Of a stretch of 64,000 bases of DNA, positions 9,814 to 19,333 are shown piece by piece. The DNA is from Bacteroidota bacterium (lineage in GTDB: Bacteria > Bacteroidota > Ignavibacteria > UBA10030 > SZUA-254). The notes beneath the pieces were generated by a model that did no database searches, was not told where the DNA came from, and worked only from the letters and a program-made list of their open reading frames with translations. Each line of letters opens with the position of its first letter. Position 1 is the first letter of the stretch. The stretch lies in NCBI GenBank assembly GCA_020056225.1, contig JAGVIE010000025.1, positions 38,995 through 102,994 on the forward strand, written 5' to 3'. A program made the position numbers and the translations under genes.

Positions 9814-10878
9814 ATGAGATGTAAACTTATCTTCACCTTCGTGTTGTTGGCTCTTTTCTTTGGCTGTAAAAATAAAACAGTCGATTCGGGAGAAACTAAG
9901 CCAATTTGGAAGACTTTTGTAAAGGCGAATACTGCTGGAATGCTTAGCGATAATATCCTCACAATATATATTTCCGGTATCGGGTCAGTATGGTTCGGTT
10001 CCGATTCAGGAGCATTTTATTATCATTCTAATTCATGGAGTTATCCCCCCCCCGATTCATTCAACTACACAGTGGGTCCTAATAAAACAGTAAAGAGAGA
10101 AATCTCTGCTATCTCCGAAGGCAAGTCTGGAAGTATGTGGTTCGGTTTAAGATTTGCCGGATCTTACGGTATAAGGAGGATGAATACTATAGATGCTCGT
10201 GAAAGATGGCAAAAATATAATGTTGGAAGTAACTATATAAGGGGCATCGTATCTTACGATTTGAATTCTGAAAAAATCTGGATAGCAACTACCGATGGAG
10301 CCAGTATCTACACCTTCACAGATGATAATGATCAAACAAAAGGTACACTCGATGAAATACCTACATCGAATTTTATTGACCCAATGATTAATTGTGCGGC
10401 TATTAACCAAAAAAACGGATACGTATACTTCGGCATGAATACCGGAGTTTCATACTATAACACTAATTCACGAAGTTGGAGTAATTATTTCTTACCGGAT
10501 GCTTATCAATCTGCCATTCGCTCCTTAGCTGTCCAATACACTTCAAATATAGTCTGGCTCGGGAAAGATATAGGTGTAACGAACTTTACGCCAAGCGACA
10601 CCGCACAGCATTATACTAATATTAACACCGACGGTAAATTACCCTACGGCACTGTCAATACAGTAATGACGGATTTCTTTTCAACAACGAGATGGTTCGG
10701 AACTAATGCCGGATTGGTTCAATTGAAAAATAACGAATGGAAAACTTTTACAACGGATAATACGCCGGAATTACCCAGCAATATTATCAAAGCTTTATAC
10801 TACGATTATGTAAAGAAAAATTTATGGATCGGAACCGATAATGGTATCGCTGTCTACAATGAAAGCGGTGTGCGATAA
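9814..10878 (+). CDS. Secreted beta-propeller protein with two-component-regulator propeller (Reg_prop-like) repeats
   Basis: Signal peptide with lipobox 'LFFGC'. Repeated approximately 40-aa units each carry an aromatic-Gly core ('VWFGSDSGAFYY','MWFGLRFAGSYGI','IWIATTDGASIY','VYFGMNTGVSYY','VWLGKDIGVTNF','RWFGTNAGLVQL','LWIGTDNGIAVY'). Confidence 0.6.
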   Translation: MRCKLIFTFVLLALFFGCKNKTVDSGETKPIWKTFVKANTAGMLSDNILTIYISGIGSVWFGSDSGAFYYHSNSWSYPPPDSFNYTVGPNKTVKREISAISEGKSGSMWFGLRFAGSYGIRRMNTIDARERWQKYNVGSNYIRGIVSYDLNSEKIWIATTDGASIYTFTDDNDQTKGTLDEIPTSNFIDPMINCAAINQKNGYVYFGMNTGVSYYNTNSRSWSNYFLPDAYQSAIRSLAVQYTSNIVWLGKDIGVTNFTPSDTAQHYTNINTDGKLPYGTVNTVMTDFFSTTRWFGTNAGLVQLKNNEWKTFTTDNTPELPSNIIKALYYDYVKKNLWIGTDNGIAVYNESGVR

Positions 10879-10911
10879 TCGATAGGACATTTTTTTCTAA
10901 GCAGTATGTAG

Positions 10912-11802
10912 TCACTTAATAATAGGAAGCTCGATTACAAAAGTACTTCCTTTCCCAAACTCACTTTTTACCCAAACTTTACCTCCATGCATTTCAATCA
11001 ATTGTTTTACGATTGAAAGGCCCAATCCTGCAGATGGTTCACCGGCAGTAGGCTGTGCGCTTAATTTCTGAAATTTCCCAAATACTTTTCTATTATCTTC
11101 TTCCGTCAAACCCGGTCCTTCATCGCGCACTTCAAAACGCGCTATGTCATCAAGTTTGCTTACTGTTACCCAAATACCCTTTCGTAGATCGGAATATTTA
11201 ATCGCGTTATTGATGAGATTATCCATGACTTCGCGAAGCCGTTCATCATCTGCGCTAACGAGTATCGCTTCGGAAGGTGTGAAAATAATCTTTTGTTCCT
11301 TTTGTTGGGCACTTATCCTATTATCCATTACAACCAATTCGGCAAGCTGAGATATATCGACCGGCTTTTTGTTAAGCGATAATAACCCGTTTTCTATCGT
11401 TGCCGACTCGAGTATTTCATTCACTAAATTATGCATTCGCTGTGCAGTGCTGAAAATATCCGCAGCATAATTCGCTAATGCCGAATCTTTATCCACCTGG
11501 TCTAATATTATTTTGGACATCATTTTGACAGTGATTAACGGACTCTTTAAATCGTGGGCTACAATGTTAAGCAGTTCGGTCTTTAGAATATTCGCTCGTT
11601 CTGCTATCTCTCTTTGTTTCTCAGCTTCCAACATTGCTTTTTCGGCTGTCGCTTGTTCTTCTTGAATTTTTTTTGTTCTTTCTTCGATGAGAGCTTCCAA
11701 CTTTTTCCTCAACCTCACCCTGTACCGGTGAAAAAAGAATAAAACAATTACTATAATAATCGCGATTATACTGAACAGTTGAACGGAAGGATTCATATTC
11801 AT
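10912..11802 (-). CDS. Membrane-anchored sensor histidine kinase (HisKA plus HATPase_c, no receiver domain)
   Basis: One N-terminal TM helix and a coiled coil. H-box 'AHDLKSPL', N-box 'NLINNAIKYS', G1 'RDEGPGL', G2 'GLGLSIVKQLIEMHGGKVWVKSEFGKGSTF'. Confidence 0.85.
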   Translation of the reverse strand: MNMNPSVQLFSIIAIIIVIVLFFFHRYRVRLRKKLEALIEERTKKIQEEQATAEKAMLEAEKQREIAERANILKTELLNIVAHDLKSPLITVKMMSKIILDQVDKDSALANYAADIFSTAQRMHNLVNEILESATIENGLLSLNKKPVDISQLAELVVMDNRISAQQKEQKIIFTPSEAILVSADDERLREVMDNLINNAIKYSDLRKGIWVTVSKLDDIARFEVRDEGPGLTEEDNRKVFGKFQKLSAQPTAGEPSAGLGLSIVKQLIEMHGGKVWVKSEFGKGSTFVIELPIIK

Positions 11803-11998
11803 CCTGAATTATTTTTATAGTAATGTAATGAAGTTAATATATAGCCACTATCACGCTTCATTCCGGAATGTTTAGGAATATCATAATGATATGGATTGCT
11901 TGCTCGCAAATCATATAAGTTGAAATAGTTCAATGCGAGTGCATGAACTCATAGTCTAATACTTACCATCAAAGATTCAAAACAGTTATTGTTTCACT

Positions 11999-14260
11999 TT
12001 ACAACGATTTCCATTCACACTCCCAAGTATGTTTATCTGTGCGAACAAGCGCCTGGTCACCATTCTTGTTGGCGTAGACTCCTTTAGTACCGTTGAAATA
12101 AAACACTCCGGCAAGTTTGCGCGGCATAATAATATAATCCAGCTGTGAATATTTTTTCTCATCGAAATCCTCGCGTTTGAATTTCGTCTTCCATGTTTTA
12201 CTATCGATAGGTTCAAGCGATACCGATATCCTCCCCCAGCGCGTAGGTGAACTTATCAACTCCATGGTTTTGCCGGCATTCAACTCAGGCAATCCGATAC
12301 CTTCGAAAAGACGAATATTTTTTTCGTCCTCGAGTATCATCATATGGCGAAGATACCTTATACACTCGGCGCTCGCCCAATTATGAGGCATATCTCCGAT
12401 GAAATCGAATACAGGAGCATCCTGCAATGATTGTTCTTCACGCCACGCATATAGAGGTGATGCGTGATTTAAGAAACCGATGAATGTTTGGCGTGCAAGG
12501 TCTTTGTAACCTAAGTAGAGATATGTTTGTGCGAGGACCGCTGCGTTGTAGGGCCAGAGTCCGTTATTCGACATCCAGCCGGTTTCGATTGGAATATCTT
12601 CTTTAACGATCGATCTCATTAAATCAACATGACCGCCGACGATCTTAGATCCCTTTGTGAAAAGAAGTCCCGGATAAATTGCTTGTGATAAATAAATCTG
12701 TGCCGCCTGAGGCTTTGGTTGTTTAAGCAGATCGGTTTCGCTCCATTTCGGATCGCTCTTCATCAACATTGGTAGGTATGAAAATCCATTCTGGCTATCG
12801 CGATATTCTGTTGTTGTAGATTTAAAGAAATCCTGCCGCAGTTCTCCGTAAAAATCTCTGATATCAACTCTTCGTGATAACGACTTCCTTTTCGCAATAT
12901 CATCCATCGCTCTCAGAGCAATAAGCGTCCATATCGTATTCGTGTATTCTTCACGTATCCCTCCGATACCGCTGTCGCCGAACCCACGCGGTAATAATTT
13001 GTATTTACTATTCGATGAACCGTCGTTCAAAGAATCATCGCGCAATTTTTTCAGTGCCATCATCGCCTTATGAGCATCTGGATACATTTCATTGAAGTAA
13101 TCCCAATTCTGAGATAATTCCGCCTGACGGATTAATGCGCAAACTGCAACGGGAGTGTCTTTCCAATGTGCTTCGCCGGCACCGCCGGTTATCAATCCTT
13201 TTTCATTCTGACGCGCCCAGATCGATTCCAATCCCTCCTGCGCTTCTTTAGCATATCCTAAATATTGAGCGGCTTCTAGTAAGAAATAACCATCCACAAC
13301 CCATAGACCACGATAGACGGTCGGACCGACCTGAAATATTTTTTTGCCGTCCTTTATTTCCCTGGCTTCCAAAATATTTCGTGCCGCCGCAACGATAAAA
13401 TTTTGGTACTCGGGTTGCAATTTCCATTCAACCTTTCCCGATGTCGGCTCCCACGATTGCCAGAATTTACGGGCATCTTCCAAGAGATCCTCTTGTTCTT
13501 CGAGTCCATCTTCAATTTTATTATACGGCTGTCCTTCCTGAGGAAATCTAACAAAATATTTCAGCGGCTCATCGATTGAAACAGTTCCTGTCTTCAACCG
13601 GAAATGATGAACACCATCGATCAATTGATATTCAACCGTACTGTCCACTGCCATGAACAATTTTCCATCAGTTGTGTCGAGATTGACGCGCGTAAAATCA
13701 CCCTCCACATTCAGTACGAACATTGCTGTGGACTTGATGATGATTTCCGGAGTACATTGCACACGCTGAGACTCCTTTGGCATAATCTCAACAATCAGAT
13801 TATCTACTCGACCTTCACCGGAATCGTTTGATGCGAAAGAAGTCAATTGCATGACAACATCGCCGCCATCGAGTTTCGTCATGATGATAGGAATTGAAGG
13901 CGATTCAAGTTTTTGGTCGATATATTGAAGTGGATCTTTTCCTTGCAGCGTTACCGATACGATGTGCGGAAATACTTTCTCATCGGCTCCCGTACCGGGA
14001 TGACCATATAAAAGTTCTCCGTACTTTCCAACTAAACTTTTAAACGGATCATCGGGGAAACAATAAGTTGACTGCCATGATGCCGGAGCGTATCGAAAAT
14101 CGATTCCATCTAACGGAAGTTGTTTTACGGCAGCTGCCTGAGCTTCACTACCGAGATACCGATCAAGGGGTGATGATTCCATGAGATTCCTTCCGACCGT
14201 CAGTGCGCCAACGGTAACACCGAATTTTGCCAAAAACTCCCGACGAGTATTCTTGCTCAT
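11999..14260 (-). CDS. Tat-exported large protein, possibly an (alpha/alpha)6-type glycoside-hydrolase-like enzyme; function uncertain
   Basis: Twin-arginine signal 'RREFLAKFGVTVGALTV'. A 753-aa ORF. The Trp/Tyr-rich central region is reminiscent of six-hairpin glycosidases. No definitive catalytic motif was identified. Confidence 0.55.
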   Translation of the reverse strand: MSKNTRREFLAKFGVTVGALTVGRNLMESSPLDRYLGSEAQAAAVKQLPLDGIDFRYAPASWQSTYCFPDDPFKSLVGKYGELLYGHPGTGADEKVFPHIVSVTLQGKDPLQYIDQKLESPSIPIIMTKLDGGDVVMQLTSFASNDSGEGRVDNLIVEIMPKESQRVQCTPEIIIKSTAMFVLNVEGDFTRVNLDTTDGKLFMAVDSTVEYQLIDGVHHFRLKTGTVSIDEPLKYFVRFPQEGQPYNKIEDGLEEQEDLLEDARKFWQSWEPTSGKVEWKLQPEYQNFIVAAARNILEAREIKDGKKIFQVGPTVYRGLWVVDGYFLLEAAQYLGYAKEAQEGLESIWARQNEKGLITGGAGEAHWKDTPVAVCALIRQAELSQNWDYFNEMYPDAHKAMMALKKLRDDSLNDGSSNSKYKLLPRGFGDSGIGGIREEYTNTIWTLIALRAMDDIAKRKSLSRRVDIRDFYGELRQDFFKSTTTEYRDSQNGFSYLPMLMKSDPKWSETDLLKQPKPQAAQIYLSQAIYPGLLFTKGSKIVGGHVDLMRSIVKEDIPIETGWMSNNGLWPYNAAVLAQTYLYLGYKDLARQTFIGFLNHASPLYAWREEQSLQDAPVFDFIGDMPHNWASAECIRYLRHMMILEDEKNIRLFEGIGLPELNAGKTMELISSPTRWGRISVSLEPIDSKTWKTKFKREDFDEKKYSQLDYIIMPRKLAGVFYFNGTKGVYANKNGDQALVRTDKHTWECEWKSL

Positions 14261-14287
14261 TTTAATCCTTTATTGTAAAGTTAATGT

Positions 14288-16576
14288 TCACTTAATAATA
14301 ACAAATTTTCCGATTTGTTGTCCGAAATCCGAATCCACACTGAAAACAAATACGCCACTTGCAATTGGTCTTCTGCTCTCGCTGAATAAATCCCATTCTT
14401 CCTGTCCGGTTGCCAAACCGCGTAGCCTACGTTCAGCATCGTCATGGTGAATGGTTTGTATGATTTCGCCGGCTATAGTATAAATCCGGATAGTCGCTTT
14501 TTCAGGAAGGCGGATGAACCAGATAACTCTTTTGTCCGGTGTCCAATTATAGCTGGGACCCTCGAAACCGAATCCGTCGGTATAAGGAACATCGGCGCGA
14601 TAAGGATTGGGGACAACTAAAACTTCACCAAGTTTTTTCGACGGCTCGAACAGCAAATGCGTTTGTGTAGCATTTTCAATTAACTCAGATTCGACTGGAG
14701 GTCCGATTAAGTTTGCCTGATGAATAACTCCACCTGCATCGGGAAAGGGGATTGTCATCCCTTCCGGTATCGAATACGAAGTTACCGCATACCAATATTT
14801 GTTGTATGCTTTCAACGTTGAATCGACGAATGTAAATCGCAAACCGGTCTGAGACCCGAATCCTAAATCATCATCGGCATCATACTGAGCAAGCATTGTG
14901 AATGATTCGACGTTGAATGTATCCGATTCGCTGCGCCACAGCTTGAAACCTTCAAGGTTTCTTCCGCCTTTTGTTTTCCCGTCAGGTGGATTTTTCTTCC
15001 GCCAATGTGTATCCGGTAACGAAGTTAAATATTCATTATGCTCATCCCAATTTTCAAGTGGATCATTTCCTATGTCGCCCGGTTTCCACTTCCAGTCTAA
15101 TATAATATTAAATCCTTCTCTTTTAACGTGAAGAGGAGGCGATGGAATATTTATATTCTCATAACCATGTTTAGAAATACTTATAGCTTTAGCGGCATTA
15201 TCTCGTAAACTGTTCGGGACTTCCGCGATTGCATCACCAGAAACAAAAGCGACTGCACATTTTACGGTATCACCCGGGTACATGGTTGGAAACGGACCAA
15301 TGGAGATAAACATCCTAACGTCTGACATATATGATGGTGGTTCAGAAAAGGGCCCAGAAGAACATAGGAATGCTGAACAATTCATCTGCATATATAGAAT
15401 GCTATCACCATATGAACCATCGCACTTCGTTGAATAATCAGCCCATTGGAAACAATAACTTAACGAGTCGAGAGGAGTTGATGCATCAAGCAATGTTAAT
15501 CCTAATGGAGTTGAGCCGCGATCCACAGGATTATGACAGTAAAATGTTCTTAAACTATCAATATACCCAACGTAATTATTATTAGGATATTCATTGACAT
15601 CAATCGGTCCAACATCGGGATCAAGGAAAAAAGCTAAATACACATCTTTGAAAATCTTTTTACCGATGTTTACAAATGTGTACTCGATTGGAAGAATAGG
15701 TTCTTTGACTCTATTTTTCCATGCTAAAGACTTCTGCCATACTTTTATACCCATACCAACATGACCTCCAATTTGAGGTCTGCTGAAAGTATCTGCATAA
15801 GCGCAAGATAAATCGTTCTCCGAGATTGCGCCGTAGTCCTCATCTACATTCGGCTCTCCATGATCGGGCTTGTTGTTGTTTTCTGTATAGACATTGATAT
15901 CATTTTTGTAAGGAAGAGTCCCAGTATAATTGACCGGGCATTTACTTTTCTGCAGAGGGTCATAATTATCTTGAGCAGGATCAGGATTTGTGAGTGAATC
16001 ATATGGAATCCCATCGCAACTCATTTCAAATCGATCCGCAAAACCATCCATGCCAACATCATCTCTGAGCGGATTCCAATCTCCATCATTATCCAGACCG
16101 TCAAGTTCATCCTCATCGATCTTACCATCACCGTCATCGTCATAATGACGACGGTTATGACCGTTGGGAGTATCAATACTCGTCTGCCAAAAATGATCAT
16201 CAGTACCTCTTGCTTCGTTGCGAGCATCCCCCCCATTAAACATCTCTGTCACTCTAATGTTAGGATAGTACGATTGATTCAATGAATCGTAAACAAGCGC
16301 ACCGATGCGAGGACCACCGGCAAAGAGATGCTCAATATTCGAGCCGGCAGGATATTCTAAATTAATCCCTCCTGTTTCATAACCGTAATAACCCAACACC
16401 CCGCTGTTGCTCATCCAGAGTTTCATGTTATACCCTTGCTGAGTATATACAACATTAGTGACGGGACCCGGTATTACATTAGGATGTCTCTGTTTAATTA
16501 AAGGTTGTGCATTTACAACTGAAATGCAGAACATCAACATTACAATAGTACCAATTATACAATCCAGTCTTTTCAT
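14288..16576 (-). CDS. Secreted T9SS cargo protein with thrombospondin type-3-like Ca-binding repeats; paralog of 1754..4174
   Basis: Signal peptide. 'DDDGDGKIDEDELDGLDNDGDWNPLRDDVGMDGFAD'. Shared block 'HGEPNVDEDYGAISENDL'. C-terminus 'GVFVFSVDSDFGQQIGKFVIIK' is a T9SS CTD. Confidence 0.7.
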   Translation of the reverse strand: MKRLDCIIGTIVMLMFCISVVNAQPLIKQRHPNVIPGPVTNVVYTQQGYNMKLWMSNSGVLGYYGYETGGINLEYPAGSNIEHLFAGGPRIGALVYDSLNQSYYPNIRVTEMFNGGDARNEARGTDDHFWQTSIDTPNGHNRRHYDDDGDGKIDEDELDGLDNDGDWNPLRDDVGMDGFADRFEMSCDGIPYDSLTNPDPAQDNYDPLQKSKCPVNYTGTLPYKNDINVYTENNNKPDHGEPNVDEDYGAISENDLSCAYADTFSRPQIGGHVGMGIKVWQKSLAWKNRVKEPILPIEYTFVNIGKKIFKDVYLAFFLDPDVGPIDVNEYPNNNYVGYIDSLRTFYCHNPVDRGSTPLGLTLLDASTPLDSLSYCFQWADYSTKCDGSYGDSILYMQMNCSAFLCSSGPFSEPPSYMSDVRMFISIGPFPTMYPGDTVKCAVAFVSGDAIAEVPNSLRDNAAKAISISKHGYENINIPSPPLHVKREGFNIILDWKWKPGDIGNDPLENWDEHNEYLTSLPDTHWRKKNPPDGKTKGGRNLEGFKLWRSESDTFNVESFTMLAQYDADDDLGFGSQTGLRFTFVDSTLKAYNKYWYAVTSYSIPEGMTIPFPDAGGVIHQANLIGPPVESELIENATQTHLLFEPSKKLGEVLVVPNPYRADVPYTDGFGFEGPSYNWTPDKRVIWFIRLPEKATIRIYTIAGEIIQTIHHDDAERRLRGLATGQEEWDLFSESRRPIASGVFVFSVDSDFGQQIGKFVIIK

Positions 16577-16616
16577 TCTTCCTTCCCTTCAAAGATTAGA
16601 ACAAAATATTTTTTTA

Positions 16617-17462
16617 TTAACCGCCATCCGAGGTATCGTTATCTTTCTTCATCATTTCTTCCATCTGCTTCATCATCTTTTCGAAGTCGGGATTCTCGCC
16701 CGGATCGTTTTTGTCTTCTTCCTTTCCATCCTTCTTCATATTGTTCATTTCTTTCATCATCTTTTGAATGTCGAAATCCATAGATTGTTTTGAGTAATCC
16801 TTCGGCACAGTAAATACAGATGATGCCACAGATTTCTTGTCGATCTTTGTCACTTCCTGCGATTGAACGAGTTTATCATCCTTCTTCGATAATATCTTCA
16901 GGGGAAATAGTTTCATATTGACAAGCTCATCCTCCCAATTTTTTACATCTTTCTTCGATTCTTTTCCTCCCATCTCACCGAACGATTTGAATAAATCCTG
17001 ATATAGATTTCCGAGCTTCAAGGTTCCCCAGATATGCGTTACTTCATCGTTCTCTTCAATAACAATTTCCTCGCACGAATATCCAAGAATGGTTTCCTTC
17101 TTTCCGGTCTTTGTAATTTTAGGTTTCATTTCTTTCTGTTCCGGTTTTTTCATCTCGTCAGGGTTCTGGAGTTCATTATCTTCCTTCATCGAGATCTCGA
17201 AGTAAGATTTTTCCTCATCGTTAACTATCCAGAGTAATTGCTTATCGCCCCGGAGAATAAATTTCCCGCGTCCGGCTTCACCGGTTCCGGCTTTGATAGA
17301 AGTTGCCATAAGATTGCCTTTGACAAACATCGTGTAGAAAACATCTTCCTGTTTGCCCTCATTAACCATTCTTACTTTCATGTCGATAGCTCCCTCGAAT
17401 TGTGCAAGCGTAATTCCTGCAAAAACAATTGTGGAGCAAAATAGAATTTTGATCTTATTCAT
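16617..17462 (-). CDS. Secreted Lys/Glu-rich hypothetical protein (DUF4412-like)
   Basis: Signal peptide. Charged low-complexity C-terminal half (KKDGKEEDKNDPGENPDFEKMMKQMEEMMKK). Confidence 0.5.
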   Translation of the reverse strand: MNKIKILFCSTIVFAGITLAQFEGAIDMKVRMVNEGKQEDVFYTMFVKGNLMATSIKAGTGEAGRGKFILRGDKQLLWIVNDEEKSYFEISMKEDNELQNPDEMKKPEQKEMKPKITKTGKKETILGYSCEEIVIEENDEVTHIWGTLKLGNLYQDLFKSFGEMGGKESKKDVKNWEDELVNMKLFPLKILSKKDDKLVQSQEVTKIDKKSVASSVFTVPKDYSKQSMDFDIQKMMKEMNNMKKDGKEEDKNDPGENPDFEKMMKQMEEMMKKDNDTSDGG

Positions 17463-17504
17463 AATATCATCTCAGAAATTTTTGGAAGTGAGTATTTGTG
17501 TAAG

Positions 17505-17708
17505 CTATTTCGCGTTGATTTCAGACTTAAAGTCGGCTGCTTTATGTGCGCCATCACAGAACGGTTTATTCTTGCTGTGTCCGCAACGGCATAGCCAGAT
17601 AGTCGGCTTTCCGGTGAGGTCGAACTTATTTCCTTTCTCATCATAAAGCTCAAAATCTCCATCAACTTGAATGCTCTTGTGATCTTTTACTGTTATTTTT
17701 GCTGCCAT
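17505..17708 (-). CDS. CDGSH-type iron-sulfur domain protein
   Basis: 'CRCGHSKNKPFCDGAHK' matches the CDGSH [2Fe-2S] finger signature C-x-C-x2-S-x3-P-x-C-D-G-x-H. Size is 67 aa. Confidence 0.8.
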   Translation of the reverse strand: MAAKITVKDHKSIQVDGDFELYDEKGNKFDLTGKPTIWLCRCGHSKNKPFCDGAHKAADFKSEINAK

Positions 17709-17826
17709 ACATCCTCCAAATGATTTTATTGTTTGATTATGTTATTGATGATAATCGATAATACTAAACTCCGCATGGAAAATCAACTGAATTCTTTCTA
17801 TCGACCGGAAATTATTTACTTTGCTC

Positions 17827-19005
17827 TTACACGCTCTTAGGTGGGAAGGAGAAATGCTCAATAGATATTTTGGAAATCGCCGCCTCGACTAATTGTTGGA
17901 TATTTAATTTTGTTTCAGCTTGCTGGATTTCTTTGTAATTCGACCAAGTTTCGGGTTTCCGCGGTGCAAGGAAAGAACAGCAATCGTCGTATGGTTCTTT
18001 CGAGATATCGTGCGTTCCAATCCTTCGGGCAAGAGCCATAGTTTCTTCCTTATCGGTTCCGGATAACGGTCGGAGAATTGGCAGAGTAACCGCAACTTCA
18101 ATGTTCCGTATGTTGCGGAGAGTTTGAGAGGCAACCTGTCCAACAGATTCACCCGTTACAAGCGCCTCCGCTTTTTCACGGTGAGCTATCTCTTCTGCGA
18201 TGCGAACCATGAATCGCCGATACAAGATTACTCTTAACGACTGAGGTGTTTGTAAAACGATTTCATTCTGAAGATCGGCAAATGGTACGATGTACAGCTT
18301 AGAGGTAAATTGATACTTCGTCAGTACCTCCGTAATCTGCCTCACCTGATCGACAGAATGCTGGCTGGTGTACGGCATACTGTGGAAGTGCACGAAGATA
18401 ACAGATGCTCCACGCTTCATTATCTTCCATGATGCTACGGGAGAATCAAAACCTGCGGAGAGCAGCGAGACAACTTTTCCGCTGACTCCGGACGGCAAAC
18501 CACCTGCACCTTTCAGCTTAGCGCGATAAACGTATGCCGTATTATCGGCTATCTCAATGTTTATTGTTTCATCCGGTTCTTTGAGATTTGCGCGAACGTT
18601 AAAATGCTGGCAGAGAGCTTCACCCACTTTTGCATTCACTGCCATTGAGCCGTGAGGGAATTTTTTATCGGATCGTGTAGTGTGCACTCTGATTGTTTTG
18701 AAGCTCTGACTTTCCAGCAATTTTTTTGCTGTATCACAAAAGACATCGAGATTTTGTTCAACCTCTACACCGACACAGATATTTGCCAGACCGAAAACGA
18801 AGGTAAGTCTCTCGACAATTTTATCAACTTCACTTTGTTCTTCAAGATGAATAACGAACCGTCCATAGCCACCGCCGACTGAAGAGGATGGTAGTAAACC
18901 CGTGAGTGCAGTGCGGACATTTTTCATTAACTGACGCTCGAAGAAACGACGATTGTCTCCTTTGAGTGTTATTTCATGATGATGAACAATAATTACGGAT
19001 TTCAT
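17827..19005 (-). CDS. thiI: tRNA 4-thiouridine synthase / tRNA sulfurtransferase ThiI
   Basis: N-terminal 'IIVHHHEITLKGDNRRFFE' is the THUMP-domain start typical of ThiI. PP-loop 'LLSAGFDSPVASW' (SGGxDS-like). Confidence 0.85.
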   Translation of the reverse strand: MKSVIIVHHHEITLKGDNRRFFERQLMKNVRTALTGLLPSSSVGGGYGRFVIHLEEQSEVDKIVERLTFVFGLANICVGVEVEQNLDVFCDTAKKLLESQSFKTIRVHTTRSDKKFPHGSMAVNAKVGEALCQHFNVRANLKEPDETINIEIADNTAYVYRAKLKGAGGLPSGVSGKVVSLLSAGFDSPVASWKIMKRGASVIFVHFHSMPYTSQHSVDQVRQITEVLTKYQFTSKLYIVPFADLQNEIVLQTPQSLRVILYRRFMVRIAEEIAHREKAEALVTGESVGQVASQTLRNIRNIEVAVTLPILRPLSGTDKEETMALARRIGTHDISKEPYDDCCSFLAPRKPETWSNYKEIQQAETKLNIQQLVEAAISKISIEHFSFPPKSV

Positions 19006-19283
19006 GTTTAAAGATAGTTAATTTATCAGAAGGAAAAAAGAGATACACCGTAAAGTGCACAGAACAATTTAACTACCTGAAGCTGGGAGGGAATTACAAG
19101 ACTGTGTTAAAAGTGTTTTTGTCATTTCGATCCCGACGACCTGTCCGCCCTTTTTCTGGCGGGAGTCGAGAGAGAAATCTTTTTCCTATGTCAGATTTCT
19201 CTGTCTCTCACTCTACGAGCGGGATCCTTCGAAATTACATTTAGAAGAACGCAAACCCCGACCTGAAGGTCCATCTCATGGTA

Positions 19284-19316
19284 AACCTTGCGAAGGTTCT
19301 GAACCTTCGCAAGGTT
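19284..19316. promoter_or_regulatory. Tandem pair of 15-bp palindromes AACCTTGCGAAGGTT-CTG-AACCTTCGCAAGGTT (four AACCTT/AAGGTT half-sites), an operator-like site or hairpin
   Basis: Read directly from the sequence: a perfect 15-bp inverted repeat with a 3-nt loop. Each arm is itself a 6-3-6 palindrome. It lies 18 bp past the stop of 19334..20788 and approximately 280 bp upstream of thiI. No U-tract follows on either strand. Confidence 0.5.
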
Positions 19317-19333
19317 CATGGCTCTCACTACAT

